A stretch of DNA of 64,000 nt, from the IMG/VR virus record IMGVR_UViG_3300003690_000055, positions 74 through 64,073 of that record, one strand, 5' to 3'. Numbering within the stretch: the first letter of the stretch is position 1; each line of letters opens with the position of its first letter. This stretch comes from a virus (lineage: Duplodnaviria; Caudoviricetes). Positions 28,393 through 38,873 of this stretch are shown here, in pieces. The notes beneath the pieces were generated by a model. The model made no database searches and had not been told where the DNA came from. It worked only from the letters and a program-made list of their open reading frames with translations. The translations under genes and the position numbers were made by a program.

Positions 28393-31300
28393 TTAGTCAA
28401 CTCCATTCGAAGGCTCAGAGAGGGAGGGAGGAGCAGGGCCCGTGCGAATACCCCGGGCCGCGAGACGCTGCTCGTTTCGGGCGCTTAACTCCGCTTGAGT
28501 CATTCTTTCCGCCACCTCGGCTTCCAACTCGGCAAACAGGTCACTGAGCTGCTCCTCGTCCTGGAGGTACGTAGCATCGATGCTGGCCTGGTAGTCAGCC
28601 TCGGTCCAGAGATCGTACCCGGTGTCGGCGCCCACCTCTCCGACGTACTCTTGCATTCCAACCCGGACACGGAATTCGTAATCGGTTTCGGAGGGATTTT
28701 CGTCTGGGCCCCCGATACCCGCGACGTCGCGCAGTGCATCGGCCGTGACGACTTCATCGGTTCCCATTCTAAGGCCTTCCTGCAAAGCTTTCACACTAAC
28801 GTTATATCCTTGTGACGAAATATTATGATCGACCCCTGTAATCATGAAATATCCTCCTAACCCAAGAAGCTTAGCATATGCATCATCAGAAGCAATGAGT
28901 GTAGGCCATACAAAAGTATATTGGCCATTCTTAAATAGTGTGTTTCCCACCATTTCCATGCTTACGCTATATAGTTCTCTCAATTGCTCAGCGCCTAGAG
29001 CACCAATTTTTTGAATTTTTGCTTCTCGCAAATATGCCTGATCCTGTCTGGTAAATTTTAAACTTTTAAGGATGCCGGCACTAGAACCTATATAATTGTG
29101 ATATATCCCGGCTTTCAGGTCATCTTCATAATTTCCCGTACGGTTTGCTGGTTTAGCGTCTGTACTATATAATATCAATCCCGAAATAGTGTTCGAGTGT
29201 TTGCTAAACCAGTCGAAGTAGTTGTCGATGCTTGACCGATCCGGGATATCATTTGTTTCATCCAAAGCACCTTTAGCCTCCGCAAGTGTCATCACCGTCG
29301 TAGGCTCTCCCTTCTTAATTTTTCTAGAAGAATTATTAAAATTAATAACTGACGTATCAAATCTAACTTGATTAACAATATTGTCCGAAAAGCAATTCTT
29401 CTTGAGTGCTCCCGAAATAAGGCCGCTACATAGGTCTTTTAAGAAATGCATTAAATAATACCTAGATCTCGATTTTTTGATAACATTATTTTTATACCAA
29501 ACATTAAATAAATCCAATGAAATCGGAATACTTCCAATATTAATACGTTTTTTAATAGATGAACCCGTATCTGAATCCGTACTAAATATATAGCCCTTTT
29601 CTCTAAGACTTCGAGCCAGGGCAGCATCGTCTATGTTATTTGCACACGCAAGATCCAAAGCATTTTCAGATTGAAAAAGTACAAGTGGATTGACAATGTC
29701 GATGTCGGATAAAAAAGTCATATAACCAGGATCGACACTCTCATTTGATGTAACATCTTGGTGGTTTTCTAGAATAGTATCAATTAAATCTCCCAAGTAA
29801 AAATAAGGAATTTTAACATCATCATTATCCGTAACTTCATTCTCCCACTGTCCTAGCATATCTTCTGCGGCTGAATCTCCAACGTCTTGAGTAGAGGCGC
29901 CTTCGTTAATCCCTTTGTTCACCAAAGCGAGCAGGTCCGTGTTGGTACCTTCGCCTCCTGCCATATCAGATTGATTTCTTATGGAAAACCCTCGCGATGA
30001 AGCATTTGCAGACATTCTTTGCCGAGCATATGTGGCGCGCTCCTCGGCATTTTTAATATCGCCGAGCCTAGGTTGAGAAAGTACATCCTGACTTACTTGA
30101 ATAGTATACATTTTGGTAGTTTTTGTTTTGCAGCCATCATCGGATCTTCCATAAAGCGCACTTAAAAACCTTCTATATTTTTTTAGCTTATCTTCGTTTT
30201 CAAGATCTTTCTTCTTTTCCATCAACTCTTCAAGCTCTTCTTTTGAAAGGTCATCATCATCAGCCGACTTGACGCGGGAGCCCACAGCATCAAGTGCTGC
30301 CTGCATATCTCGGTCGCGTACACCCAATATATCCGCTTTTTTAGATGTTAAAAGACCAACTAAGGCTGCCTGATAATCTATAGATAGCTGTACTGTACCG
30401 TCCGGATTAAAATTTAAATCATGACGAATTTGTTGAAGATACAGCGATATCCTCGTTGTTTCAAGCGCGCGAGTAAGCTGTGTTATTTGATTCGGAGGCG
30501 CATCAGGCATAAGTTCTTTCATATTTGGTGGCGAGGCCCAGCCAGCCACAACTTTAATCCTAAAATAAGCACCATCGTAAGCTTGTTGAATATTACCGGC
30601 GTCCGACTTACACCTCGGTGGCTTCGGCTTCTCGGAAGGATCGTCTCCGTTTGATGCCAGAGGGCTATCACGCGACATGGTCCGCGATGAAATCAATAAG
30701 TCTAATGGATTGGGAACATGTCCGGCGCCGTAGCCCGCGAAACTGCCATCGTCGCGAATTTTAGCAGAACCTTGGAATAAATCATTAACACTTTGAAAAT
30801 GAAACGTTAAATTGGCCGATATGTTATTATCTACTTCGGCTGGCTGTACCCCGTCGAGCTTCCAAGTAAACGACTGTAACCCAAACCCCCGGAGGCGACC
30901 GTAACCATCGGTGCCGGTCATCGGTCGGATGTCGGTCGCATCAATAAAATTCGGAATTGGTATCTCATACTGTGCTATGGGCTTCGCAGATTCAAGTAAC
31001 TTGCCCTCCTCATCCCTTATCGCTGTCGAATAATCAACACGATAAAGTTTTATATACGGAACCAACAAGGCATAAACGGCCGGGGATAAGTTTAATAATT
31101 GCCTTATTTCATCTGTTCTGCCGGCATGATTTATTTTAGAAATAGTGGTTCCTGGTTCGCCATATAATTTAACCACATTGGTGTAAGTTGATCTTTGTTC
31201 CTGGAGCTCAGAAATCATATCAATATTTTCCATCAAAAAACACTGCATATCAAGGGGCTTCAGCACCTTGAAAGCCAGCATTTTATTTATTTGCTCCGGA

Positions 31301-32943
31301 GTGTAAAACTCTGAATTAATTCCCTGCTCGGCGATTTCGGAGGCCTCTTGATCGGGTGTCGGCTGTGGCTGAATGCCGGCGCCCCAGAAGTCTAATATGA
31401 TTTCTAAAACATCTCTGAATTTTTCTTTATATTCCGGAGACCCAGGCTCAGCCCCCCACATTCCGCGGTTATCGACGAACTGCTCTTTGAGCTTCTCGTC
31501 GAGGAGATAAATAGCGCCCTGGCCGTTCTCATAAGCTTTATAGGCTTTGTACCAAAACTCTTTTATATCGCCCGTCATCAGTCTGGTTGCGCTGTGTGTT
31601 CCTAGGGATTGTTCTTCTTCGGCCGTCATCAAAGAATCAAGCGGAAGCGTAGGCCACACGAGTATCTGAGAGGGTATCGGGCTGTAGAACTTGTCGCTAC
31701 GTTCAAGTGTGGTCTCGTGGGGAAATTGATTCCAGTACGCCTCCTGCCGCTCTTCGATGTCCATACTAACCATCGGGTGTGCATAAGTCTGCCAATATCC
31801 GGAGGTCGAGGTGCCGCCGTCCGGAGAGGTGCCGAATGCCCAGCTTTTTGGTTGTGGGAGTACTCCCTGCGTTGCTGCGGTGCCCGGGGTAGCTGCCTGG
31901 GCTTCGGCAGTTTTTATCTCATCAATGATGGCTTGGAGCACCGTTTCTGCGGGTGCTTTGAACGCGGTTCGGATGCCGTCAATTAAATCAACGATATCCA
32001 CCATCGAATCGGAGGTCGTCGCCATCAAGTTAAAATATTCACGAACCAGTGGACCTGTGAGGTGGCCATAATTGGCAGGTATATCAGGCGCAAGAAAAAC
32101 CGGGCGCGGGGGAGTGCCGGTGCCCCCGTGGGCAGTCAAGATCTTTGCGCGTCCATAAAACATTCTTATCTCTGAATCCCGGAAGCTGCCATCAATGTCC
32201 CCGGGGTGGTCCTGTGGATTAATGGGGTCGCCCCCTGGAACATATCCCCAATTTCGGGCCGTGTTGTTCTCTTTCTCACTGTTCAAAACGGATGGCTCTG
32301 GATATCCCATAAGCTCTGTCCTATAGCGAGGGTCATTGACCACGCGATCGCGTGTGATCGCCATCGATTTATCCAGATCCCTTACGCCAGTGCCCCCCCC
32401 TTGCGCTTCTGCGGACTCGGCGGCGCGGCCGGCCGTGTCAGCGCCGGAAGCTCCCAGGACCTCCTGCTCGAAAACAGAGACCTTATCTTCAAATTTTCTC
32501 CACCAACTTTGTTGAAAATTAAGGTCATCAGCATCAAAATGATGAGGCACAGCTGCACCAACATTAAAACCGGTCAGCAGTCCAAAGCGACGCCAAGATG
32601 TTTGTTGTGCTATGAAGTTTGTTCCAAGCTCTGGAGCCGCATTTTCCCCTGGGACGGAAGATCCCATAATTATCTCAACGTCGGCAATATTGGAAAAGGC
32701 TGTGCTCCCCAACTTCATCGAGCTCATCTGGGCCTTCTGTGCTACCGCCGACATCACGCGAGATTGGAACGTCTGGTCAGTTGGAATGTAACCGTCATTA
32801 GCAGGGACTTGCAAGTCCCAGTTAGTCTTAAAATATTCCCAAGCTACTTGAAGCCTATAGCTGGCATTCAACCTTTCTTTAAATTTAGTATCCCAGTTAT
32901 CATACCAGATCTCTGGGATTGGCTCTATTGCCGAATTTGACAT
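28393..32943 (-). CDS. Large baseplate hub-like protein
   Basis: Follows the LysM gene. C-terminal VGNTLF...GLGGYFMITGVDHNIS resembles the gp27/VgrG-type hub end. Confidence 0.6.
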   Translation of the reverse strand: MSNSAIEPIPEIWYDNWDTKFKERLNASYRLQVAWEYFKTNWDLQVPANDGYIPTDQTFQSRVMSAVAQKAQMSSMKLGSTAFSNIADVEIIMGSSVPGENAAPELGTNFIAQQTSWRRFGLLTGFNVGAAVPHHFDADDLNFQQSWWRKFEDKVSVFEQEVLGASGADTAGRAAESAEAQGGGTGVRDLDKSMAITRDRVVNDPRYRTELMGYPEPSVLNSEKENNTARNWGYVPGGDPINPQDHPGDIDGSFRDSEIRMFYGRAKILTAHGGTGTPPRPVFLAPDIPANYGHLTGPLVREYFNLMATTSDSMVDIVDLIDGIRTAFKAPAETVLQAIIDEIKTAEAQAATPGTAATQGVLPQPKSWAFGTSPDGGTSTSGYWQTYAHPMVSMDIEERQEAYWNQFPHETTLERSDKFYSPIPSQILVWPTLPLDSLMTAEEEQSLGTHSATRLMTGDIKEFWYKAYKAYENGQGAIYLLDEKLKEQFVDNRGMWGAEPGSPEYKEKFRDVLEIILDFWGAGIQPQPTPDQEASEIAEQGINSEFYTPEQINKMLAFKVLKPLDMQCFLMENIDMISELQEQRSTYTNVVKLYGEPGTTISKINHAGRTDEIRQLLNLSPAVYALLVPYIKLYRVDYSTAIRDEEGKLLESAKPIAQYEIPIPNFIDATDIRPMTGTDGYGRLRGFGLQSFTWKLDGVQPAEVDNNISANLTFHFQSVNDLFQGSAKIRDDGSFAGYGAGHVPNPLDLLISSRTMSRDSPLASNGDDPSEKPKPPRCKSDAGNIQQAYDGAYFRIKVVAGWASPPNMKELMPDAPPNQITQLTRALETTRISLYLQQIRHDLNFNPDGTVQLSIDYQAALVGLLTSKKADILGVRDRDMQAALDAVGSRVKSADDDDLSKEELEELMEKKKDLENEDKLKKYRRFLSALYGRSDDGCKTKTTKMYTIQVSQDVLSQPRLGDIKNAEERATYARQRMSANASSRGFSIRNQSDMAGGEGTNTDLLALVNKGINEGASTQDVGDSAAEDMLGQWENEVTDNDDVKIPYFYLGDLIDTILENHQDVTSNESVDPGYMTFLSDIDIVNPLVLFQSENALDLACANNIDDAALARSLREKGYIFSTDSDTGSSIKKRINIGSIPISLDLFNVWYKNNVIKKSRSRYYLMHFLKDLCSGLISGALKKNCFSDNIVNQVRFDTSVINFNNSSRKIKKGEPTTVMTLAEAKGALDETNDIPDRSSIDNYFDWFSKHSNTISGLILYSTDAKPANRTGNYEDDLKAGIYHNYIGSSAGILKSLKFTRQDQAYLREAKIQKIGALGAEQLRELYSVSMEMVGNTLFKNGQYTFVWPTLIASDDAYAKLLGLGGYFMITGVDHNISSQGYNVSVKALQEGLRMGTDEVVTADALRDVAGIGGPDENPSETDYEFRVRVGMQEYVGEVGADTGYDLWTEADYQASIDATYLQDEEQLSDLFAELEAEVAERMTQAELSARNEQRLAARGIRTGPAPPSLSEPSNGVD

Positions 32944-32946
32944 TTT

Positions 32947-33285
32947 TTAGCCTCTTACTACTCGCAGCGTTTCCCTCAAAGGGAGCGGGATTATAATAAC
33001 ATCCCCAACGTTCAAGTGTGCCTCCGTTGGTTTCTCGTTATACAACCCAATAACCCACCAATACTGCGCATCGCCGTAATATTGGATTGCCAGCTTATAG
33101 AACCTGTCGCCAACTTTCCATATATGACGTGTTCTTGATAGTTTGGATCTTTGAAAAGGGGTTGGCGTCATCATTGCAGAGGAGCCATAGTGCTTAATAA
33201 AAGGCACACCACGGTCCTCTAAAATTGATTCATAAGATTCGTCTTTGTTTTTAAAAAGGGGCCGGTTACTATATCTACTTCCCAT
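32947..33285 (-). CDS. LysM-domain baseplate protein (gp53/gpX-like)
   Basis: HIWKVGDRFYKLAIQYYGDAQYWWVIGLYN. Confidence 0.82.
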   Translation of the reverse strand: MGSRYSNRPLFKNKDESYESILEDRGVPFIKHYGSSAMMTPTPFQRSKLSRTRHIWKVGDRFYKLAIQYYGDAQYWWVIGLYNEKPTEAHLNVGDVIIIPLPLRETLRVVRG

Positions 33286-33309
33286 TAATCTATTTTCACT
33301 CCTTATCCA

Positions 33310-34536
33310 CTACTCGCCGCGGCTGCCGGCAGCGCGAGCGTGAGCGCGGCGGACTGCTGCGCGCTGTGACGAGTTGGGCGTGAAGCCGCCAACAGTCATC
33401 GTACCGCTTCCGCCCATGTCGTTGGGCACCTCGCCGGACATCGATATCGCATCCGCTGCTTGGTCTGCGGCCGTGGGTCCGGCTGGTGTTGATTCAGCTG
33501 TATCGTCGGAGAAGTCCGGCGGCGGAACCTCGGCGGACATCTCGTCGAGGTCGGCCTGGAACTCGGCTTCGTACTCGGCGGCCGCAATTTCTTCGGGGGT
33601 AGGATATGTAGCATAAGCATTAGGAAACCTGGCATTAATGTCTCTATCCCCACCAAAATAAAAAGTTTTCGTGCCGACGGCTCGCCAGCCGGCTATAGCC
33701 GGCTGCGAAGGATCTGCTGCATCAACCCAGCCGGCTAAATGGGTGTGTATAACAGTAAAGTTAAAACTTAAAGAAACTTTTTTTGGAATATAATTTCTAA
33801 TCTGTGAAAAGTCGCCAATCGCGAACTTATACATTTCTGAACCATCAAAAAGATCGCCAGATATAAACCCTCCCGCACTCAAATCAGGAGAATAACTTAC
33901 ACCACCATTTATATAACCCATCAATCTCTGATCTTCATTATTGGGACTAGAAATTAGATTTGTCCATTTTATCGATAGAAGGGGAGCGCCCTTTAATACA
34001 GTTTGCTGAGATAGTGTCGGAGCAACCGATTGGTTAGGGGCGGTGGAGGCGGCATCGGCCTGTTGGGCTGAGTATATGCTTGTTCCCGGCGCGACCGTAC
34101 GATCATAAACTGGATATTGAAACTGCATGAACTTGGCAATTTGCAAAAGATTGAATTTTGCATTCTCTTCTGAATCATTGACAATATCAAAGCCCAATTG
34201 AATATTTCTTGTTGTTCCTTGAAAAGTAGCCAGGTGATCCATTCTGCCATAAACCGGCGTAGTGTTCCACGAGGGGGTGTACGTGTCCGTAAATTGTGTC
34301 GCCCAACCTTCAAAAGCAACTTCTTCTCCGGTGGGAATATGTTTAACTGAAATGGTAAAAAACCAATTAGATCGTAATGCTGGGTCAGCAGTAATGGGTC
34401 CTGTGTACGACCTTCTCCCGATCAACCTGTCTTGAGGCAGTGGGTAACTAGATCCATTGGGATTTTTTCGAGTTTCCAGCGTATGGGTCTGATACTGCTC
34501 TTGCCATTCACCACGTTTTAAAAATTTATTAGCCAT
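33310..34536 (-). CDS. Tail tube initiator-like baseplate protein
   Basis: DTYTPSWNTTPVYGR...FQGTTRNIQLGF; lies between the tape measure and LysM genes. Confidence 0.65.
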   Translation of the reverse strand: MANKFLKRGEWQEQYQTHTLETRKNPNGSSYPLPQDRLIGRRSYTGPITADPALRSNWFFTISVKHIPTGEEVAFEGWATQFTDTYTPSWNTTPVYGRMDHLATFQGTTRNIQLGFDIVNDSEENAKFNLLQIAKFMQFQYPVYDRTVAPGTSIYSAQQADAASTAPNQSVAPTLSQQTVLKGAPLLSIKWTNLISSPNNEDQRLMGYINGGVSYSPDLSAGGFISGDLFDGSEMYKFAIGDFSQIRNYIPKKVSLSFNFTVIHTHLAGWVDAADPSQPAIAGWRAVGTKTFYFGGDRDINARFPNAYATYPTPEEIAAAEYEAEFQADLDEMSAEVPPPDFSDDTAESTPAGPTAADQAADAISMSGEVPNDMGGSGTMTVGGFTPNSSQRAAVRRAHARAAGSRGE

Positions 34537-34549
34537 TATACTCTCCCAA

Positions 34550-36805
34550 TTATCTATTCAGCGTAAACGGATCAACGCCCTCAAGTACATAATCCTTGAT
34601 CTGAGAAACTGTGACCTGTTGCTTATTTTTATTTTGATCTTTCATAACGCCAAGATGGGACGCAACAAGATCTAATTTTTTATTGGTCTCATCGCGCTGT
34701 TTGGCCTGGGCATCCAAATCCTTTCTCGAAATTACCTCGCTTCCTGCGGGTATTCTAGCGTTAACCGTTCCGCCGACGGCATAACCTCTAATATATGGTG
34801 TGGCCGTGGCTTGCGTGCTTTGGCCGGCCAATATAATCTTTTCTTGAAAATTTCCTTCATTCATAAGAATTGGGGTTAAGGATCCTCCCCCCATAAGCGG
34901 TTCGGGTACAATTCCTCCAGCAAGAAAGCCTCTCCTGGATGCTTCTCCGGCCCTGAATTTTTTCTTTTCCTTTTCCTTTTTTTCTTCGCCGCCGAACTTC
35001 ATGGCCAGCCCTCCTATGCCAGCCATAGCGAGAATACCCAGTGCCGCAATTGAAAAGCCCTGGAGGCCCGGAATGGCCATTGCAAGAGCTGCAGCGGCGA
35101 GGGCCGCGAAGACGAAGCCGGTCGCAATAGCCCCCATACCAGATGTGATCTTACCGACCATTCCAGCAAAGGCCGAGAAGCCTTCGATCATAGGGAGAAG
35201 GACATTCGTTACAAAAGGTTCTGCATCAAGGAACATTTTCTTGAATGCGGTTCTCAGCTTGTCCATGATGGCCAGTGCTTTCTCAGCCTGTTCGTTTGCT
35301 TGTTCTCGACTTAATCGTTCGATCTCCAATTCTTCATTACTCTGAGACATTAACTTGCGCGTTTCTTCTGCGGATATCCCCAAAGCACTCGAGAATGCCA
35401 ATAGCTCTGCGCCCGATAGATCTTCGGCTGATACCCCGGCATCCTCGAAAGCACTCTTGAGCATTTTAACGCCTTCTATCGGGTCTTCCAAGGAAGCATT
35501 CAACATATCAATAGAGTTCAGGTAGGGGCCGCCTAAAATTGCATTCAATCGGCCAACGGCTTGTCCTGCCGCATCAAACGTCTTAAATTTATCCATCAGT
35601 TCCAATAAAACATTAACTTCGGTTCCAGAAGCCTTTGCTGCCTTGGCTAGATCTTCGAAGACTGCCCCAGCACGGTCGCCATAGCGAACCAAAATTTCTT
35701 TATTTCTGACAAATTCCTGACCCATTTTTTTAACATCTATACCCAACGACTTTGCAGTAGCAGTAATGTCGAGCAAAAGATTTTGAGCACCTGACAGCGA
35801 CATACCCATAGCTTTCGTGGCTGTTTGCATAATCTGGGCCTGGTCTTGCATCTCAAAGCCAAGCTCGGCCAAAACGCTCACAGTGGCGCCCAGTTCATCT
35901 TGAGTTTGCTGATTAAAATAAGTAAAATCAGTAAAAGTATTCTTAAGTACCTGGGTGGCCGCGGCAGCTTCCTTAAAAGTCACGCCCGCACTACGACCTG
36001 CACGTTCTATGTTTTTTATTGTCTCGTTAAATTTCTCGCCGGCGCCTGTGGACTTTTCGAACTGTGAGGTAACGTTGTCTAATTCTATAGCATACTGTAT
36101 AGATACGTCAAGCAGCTTCCACGTGAGGTCTTTGAGTAGCTGCGTCGGCTTCATGCCCTTCATAAAAGCCTTCCAATGTTTCGGACCCTTTGAGAGGAAG
36201 CCTTGAAGCTTTTGCATCGGACCGGAGAGACCCAAAAGTGAATTCGCCAACGCATCAAAGGCAAGTGAGCCGGCCTGTGAATCTTTGGCGCCCTCCTTAA
36301 GCGCGTTATTCATATCATCTAGAGCATCAGCAGCACCCTGGATGTCACCGGCGGTGAGCAGGGCCATTGCTTTTGCGTGCGCAATCCTGGCCTTTGCATT
36401 CTTCTTAAGCGCGTCGACGTTCGCCAGCAAACTGGTTTTAAGCTTGGCGGCGCCGTCGATCTCAAGAGCGCGCCTTTGAGTGGCTTCTGTTAGAAATTTA
36501 TCTCTCTTTTTTTCAGCTTTGGTGAGCTCTCTCTGCGCGACCCTGTATTCCGCCGTACCCGCGGTGAGCAGTAACAGATCGGCGGTCAGGGTAGTAACCT
36601 GATCATTGTATTCGTCGGCGGTCGCCTTCGCGGCTCGGAGAGCAACGTTTTGTTGCTTCAGGTTTTCAGCAACCTTTGCGGAGTTGGCGCCAAATTGCTC
36701 CAATTTATCTAAGAAATCCTGCGAAAAATCTAGGCGGTCGATCTCCTCTCGAAGATCGCTCATCTCAATTTTAAGTCTAGCAATTTCTTCGGGGGTCAGT
36801 GCCAT
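34550..36805 (-). CDS. Tape measure protein
   Basis: 751 aa, Ala-rich and helical with hydrophobic segments, downstream of the tail chaperone. Confidence 0.8.
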   Translation of the reverse strand: MALTPEEIARLKIEMSDLREEIDRLDFSQDFLDKLEQFGANSAKVAENLKQQNVALRAAKATADEYNDQVTTLTADLLLLTAGTAEYRVAQRELTKAEKKRDKFLTEATQRRALEIDGAAKLKTSLLANVDALKKNAKARIAHAKAMALLTAGDIQGAADALDDMNNALKEGAKDSQAGSLAFDALANSLLGLSGPMQKLQGFLSKGPKHWKAFMKGMKPTQLLKDLTWKLLDVSIQYAIELDNVTSQFEKSTGAGEKFNETIKNIERAGRSAGVTFKEAAAATQVLKNTFTDFTYFNQQTQDELGATVSVLAELGFEMQDQAQIMQTATKAMGMSLSGAQNLLLDITATAKSLGIDVKKMGQEFVRNKEILVRYGDRAGAVFEDLAKAAKASGTEVNVLLELMDKFKTFDAAGQAVGRLNAILGGPYLNSIDMLNASLEDPIEGVKMLKSAFEDAGVSAEDLSGAELLAFSSALGISAEETRKLMSQSNEELEIERLSREQANEQAEKALAIMDKLRTAFKKMFLDAEPFVTNVLLPMIEGFSAFAGMVGKITSGMGAIATGFVFAALAAAALAMAIPGLQGFSIAALGILAMAGIGGLAMKFGGEEKKEKEKKKFRAGEASRRGFLAGGIVPEPLMGGGSLTPILMNEGNFQEKIILAGQSTQATATPYIRGYAVGGTVNARIPAGSEVISRKDLDAQAKQRDETNKKLDLVASHLGVMKDQNKNKQQVTVSQIKDYVLEGVDPFTLNR

Positions 36806-36816
36806 AATTTTTTATC

Positions 36817-37143
36817 CTAATTTTTAAAAGGCCAACGTAGGCCCGTTTCATTTTCAAACGCCTTGACCGCGGTCATCAAATCATGGCGGGATCCTAATGT
36901 TCTAGTATCACTTAATCCATGTTTCATATATGAATCCATATATCGTTTTTCTCGTTTAAGGGCGCCCATAAAAGAGTCAATTTGAGATTGCGTACCAACT
37001 AATTTTAAAGGGACATCCATTCCAGCATAGTACAAATCCAACATTGCACTCTGTACTTTTCCAGCAAATTTGCTACGAGCCTGTTCATTCAACTTACTGT
37101 CCCGGTTGTTCAAATAAATTACATTTTTAACTAAATCGCCCAT
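36817..37143 (-). CDS. Hypothetical late protein
   Basis: Has its own CTAGTTA motif and AGAGG SD. Confidence 0.65.
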   Translation of the reverse strand: MGDLVKNVIYLNNRDSKLNEQARSKFAGKVQSAMLDLYYAGMDVPLKLVGTQSQIDSFMGALKREKRYMDSYMKHGLSDTRTLGSRHDLMTAVKAFENETGLRWPFKN

Positions 37144-37175
37144 AGATGTGTCCTCTAATATATAACTAGTACCAA

Positions 37176-37205
37176 ACTAAAAAGCCGGAACTACTTGTTC
37201 CGGCC
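37176..37205 (-). terminator. Terminator after the chaperone extension
   Basis: GGCCGGAAC-AAGTA-GTTCCGGCT followed by TTTAGTTT. Confidence 0.7.
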
Positions 37206-37383
37206 TTGTCGCTCAATTTCTTCGTTTTGGTTTTTAAATTCTTTAATTAATCGCTCAACAAACCAATGACGCAAAGGAATTGGCAAATTATAGGCTTCAA
37301 AGAGAGACCAGCCCCCGTGATGTTTTAAAACAAAGAACTCTTCATAGACTCCTTCTTGGTATTTAGGAGTTAGGCCAAAAAAA
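37190..37383 (-). CDS. Frameshift extension of the tail assembly chaperone (gp51-like)
   Basis: Open frame FGLTPKYQEGVYEEFFVLKHHGGWSLFEAYNLPIPLRHWFVERLIKEF...RNK* with no ATG after the T7 run, entered at that run. Confidence 0.72.
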
Positions 37384-38217
37384 CTCTGCCGTCAAAGGCA
37401 TTCCCACCTCTCCTTCGTGGTCACAGGAGTCACATGTAAACTCACAAGTAACATCCATATCTGGCTTGACTAGTTCATAAATTTTTCTAAGATATTTTAC
37501 GTCTTGTAGTGGCATTTTTTCGGCAAACTTCTCAATATCTTTTCCGTCGGTGTGGTCATTCACCGACACAATTACGCGCTTAAGCAGATCCGTGCTTCTT
37601 GTGTCCGGTAGTTTAAGTTTTTTCTTTTTTTCGTTAGTTTTTACCATCGCACGCTCATCTCTTGATGTCAAGAGCCTAATCTCAACGGTCACCCCTGTTT
37701 TCGGGAGACTGAACGTGAAGTTTTTATCACTATTCATATCGACACCCTCGGGCAGTTCGGAAACATCGTTTACACCCAATTCTTCAAGGTTAAACACATT
37801 CTCATTTGTCTCACCACAAGAAGGACATGTCACGTCTGTCTCATACAGGGGGCCAAAGCCGGTAATCCTTGAAGCAATCAACATTGCATTTTTATCACCG
37901 ATCAACAAATCGTCTATTTTTATACTTTTATCGACAATAACCGACTCCAATAGCCTATTAATAGCGAGCCCCTTTCTCAGGAGCGACTCTGAAGTCAAGA
38001 TATCCTCTTCTTTGGCTGTCATATGATGTATTTCAATAACATCAATCCCAGCAAGAGGGTGCTCATCGGGATAAAAGCGCCCAGCACTCGGTAAATCCAC
38101 AAATTCTGTGGGGGTTATGAATGAAAATATGTCACTTGATTGGGCGATCGCGAGTGGTGTGGATGTGTCGTCGGGTGTCGGAGCTCCAAATCGCTCCGAA
38201 TTTCTTTTTCTACCCAT
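37363..38217 (-). CDS. Tail/baseplate assembly chaperone (T4 gp26-like)
   Basis: LPSAG, MTAKEEDIL, GD, CPSC...CDSC, C-terminal FFWP. Confidence 0.82.
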   Translation of the reverse strand: MGRKRNSERFGAPTPDDTSTPLAIAQSSDIFSFITPTEFVDLPSAGRFYPDEHPLAGIDVIEIHHMTAKEEDILTSESLLRKGLAINRLLESVIVDKSIKIDDLLIGDKNAMLIASRITGFGPLYETDVTCPSCGETNENVFNLEELGVNDVSELPEGVDMNSDKNFTFSLPKTGVTVEIRLLTSRDERAMVKTNEKKKKLKLPDTRSTDLLKRVIVSVNDHTDGKDIEKFAEKMPLQDVKYLRKIYELVKPDMDVTCEFTCDSCDHEGEVGMPLTAEFFWPNS

Positions 38218-38234
38218 TAATTACCTTCTTTCTC

Positions 38235-38810
38235 TTACGGTTCCGCGGCGAAATCGACTGCAGGACCAGAACTATACAGAGCATAATCATACCGCATTCC
38301 GACAGTAATATTAAGTAATTCTGTATCATTATCATAACTTAAGTCACCAAAAGTAGCCGTTGTAATCCAAGCGTTTATCAATTGCCATTCACCAACAAGG
38401 CCTCCCTCACCATTAAGCTCGCGAATATTAACAAGCCCAAGAGCGTTAAGAGCATCCTTCTTGTTTGGGGTGCCAGGAGGACGATTAGCCAGGATAACAT
38501 CTTCCTGGATGTCAGGACGTAAATATCCCATGTTGGCCAATGCATTCATAAGGAGAGCATTTCCATCTGGATTGATGGAGTTAACGATTACAGCGGACAT
38601 CTCGTTCCATTCAACGCTACCGGGATAATAAAAAGTATTTCCTAGGAACTTATGAGTCGCCTGGCCTACCGTGTAAGCTGGCTTTGTTACTGACTTAGCA
38701 AGATAAGTTCTATATGTAAACTTATCCTCTGCCGCGGCAATATTGGGAAGATCCAGTATAAATCTATGTGCTCTCTTTGGCTCCGATAGTGCGCTTGTCC
38801 AGAATGGCAT
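38235..38810 (-). CDS. Tail tube protein (gp19-like)
   Basis: EPKRAHRF, KP, YPG..W, W.L..AW, FGDLSY, YDYA; follows the sheath gene. Confidence 0.85.
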   Translation of the reverse strand: MPFWTSALSEPKRAHRFILDLPNIAAAEDKFTYRTYLAKSVTKPAYTVGQATHKFLGNTFYYPGSVEWNEMSAVIVNSINPDGNALLMNALANMGYLRPDIQEDVILANRPPGTPNKKDALNALGLVNIRELNGEGGLVGEWQLINAWITTATFGDLSYDNDTELLNITVGMRYDYALYSSGPAVDFAAEP

Positions 38811-38839
38811 TATTTAGTTACTCCTCATAAGTTCTAAGT

Positions 38840-38846
38840 TAAATAG
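38840..38846 (-). promoter_or_regulatory. Late promoter motif CTAnTTA (representative copy)
   Basis: Intergenic or gene-junction copies at 1021, 3021, 16254, 22090, 37163, 38840, 41878, 44168, 47138, 49075 and 53738, each 7-40 nt before a start codon. Confidence 0.75.
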
Positions 38847-38873
38847 TGTGGGAGATTAAAACCTCCCACTTTA

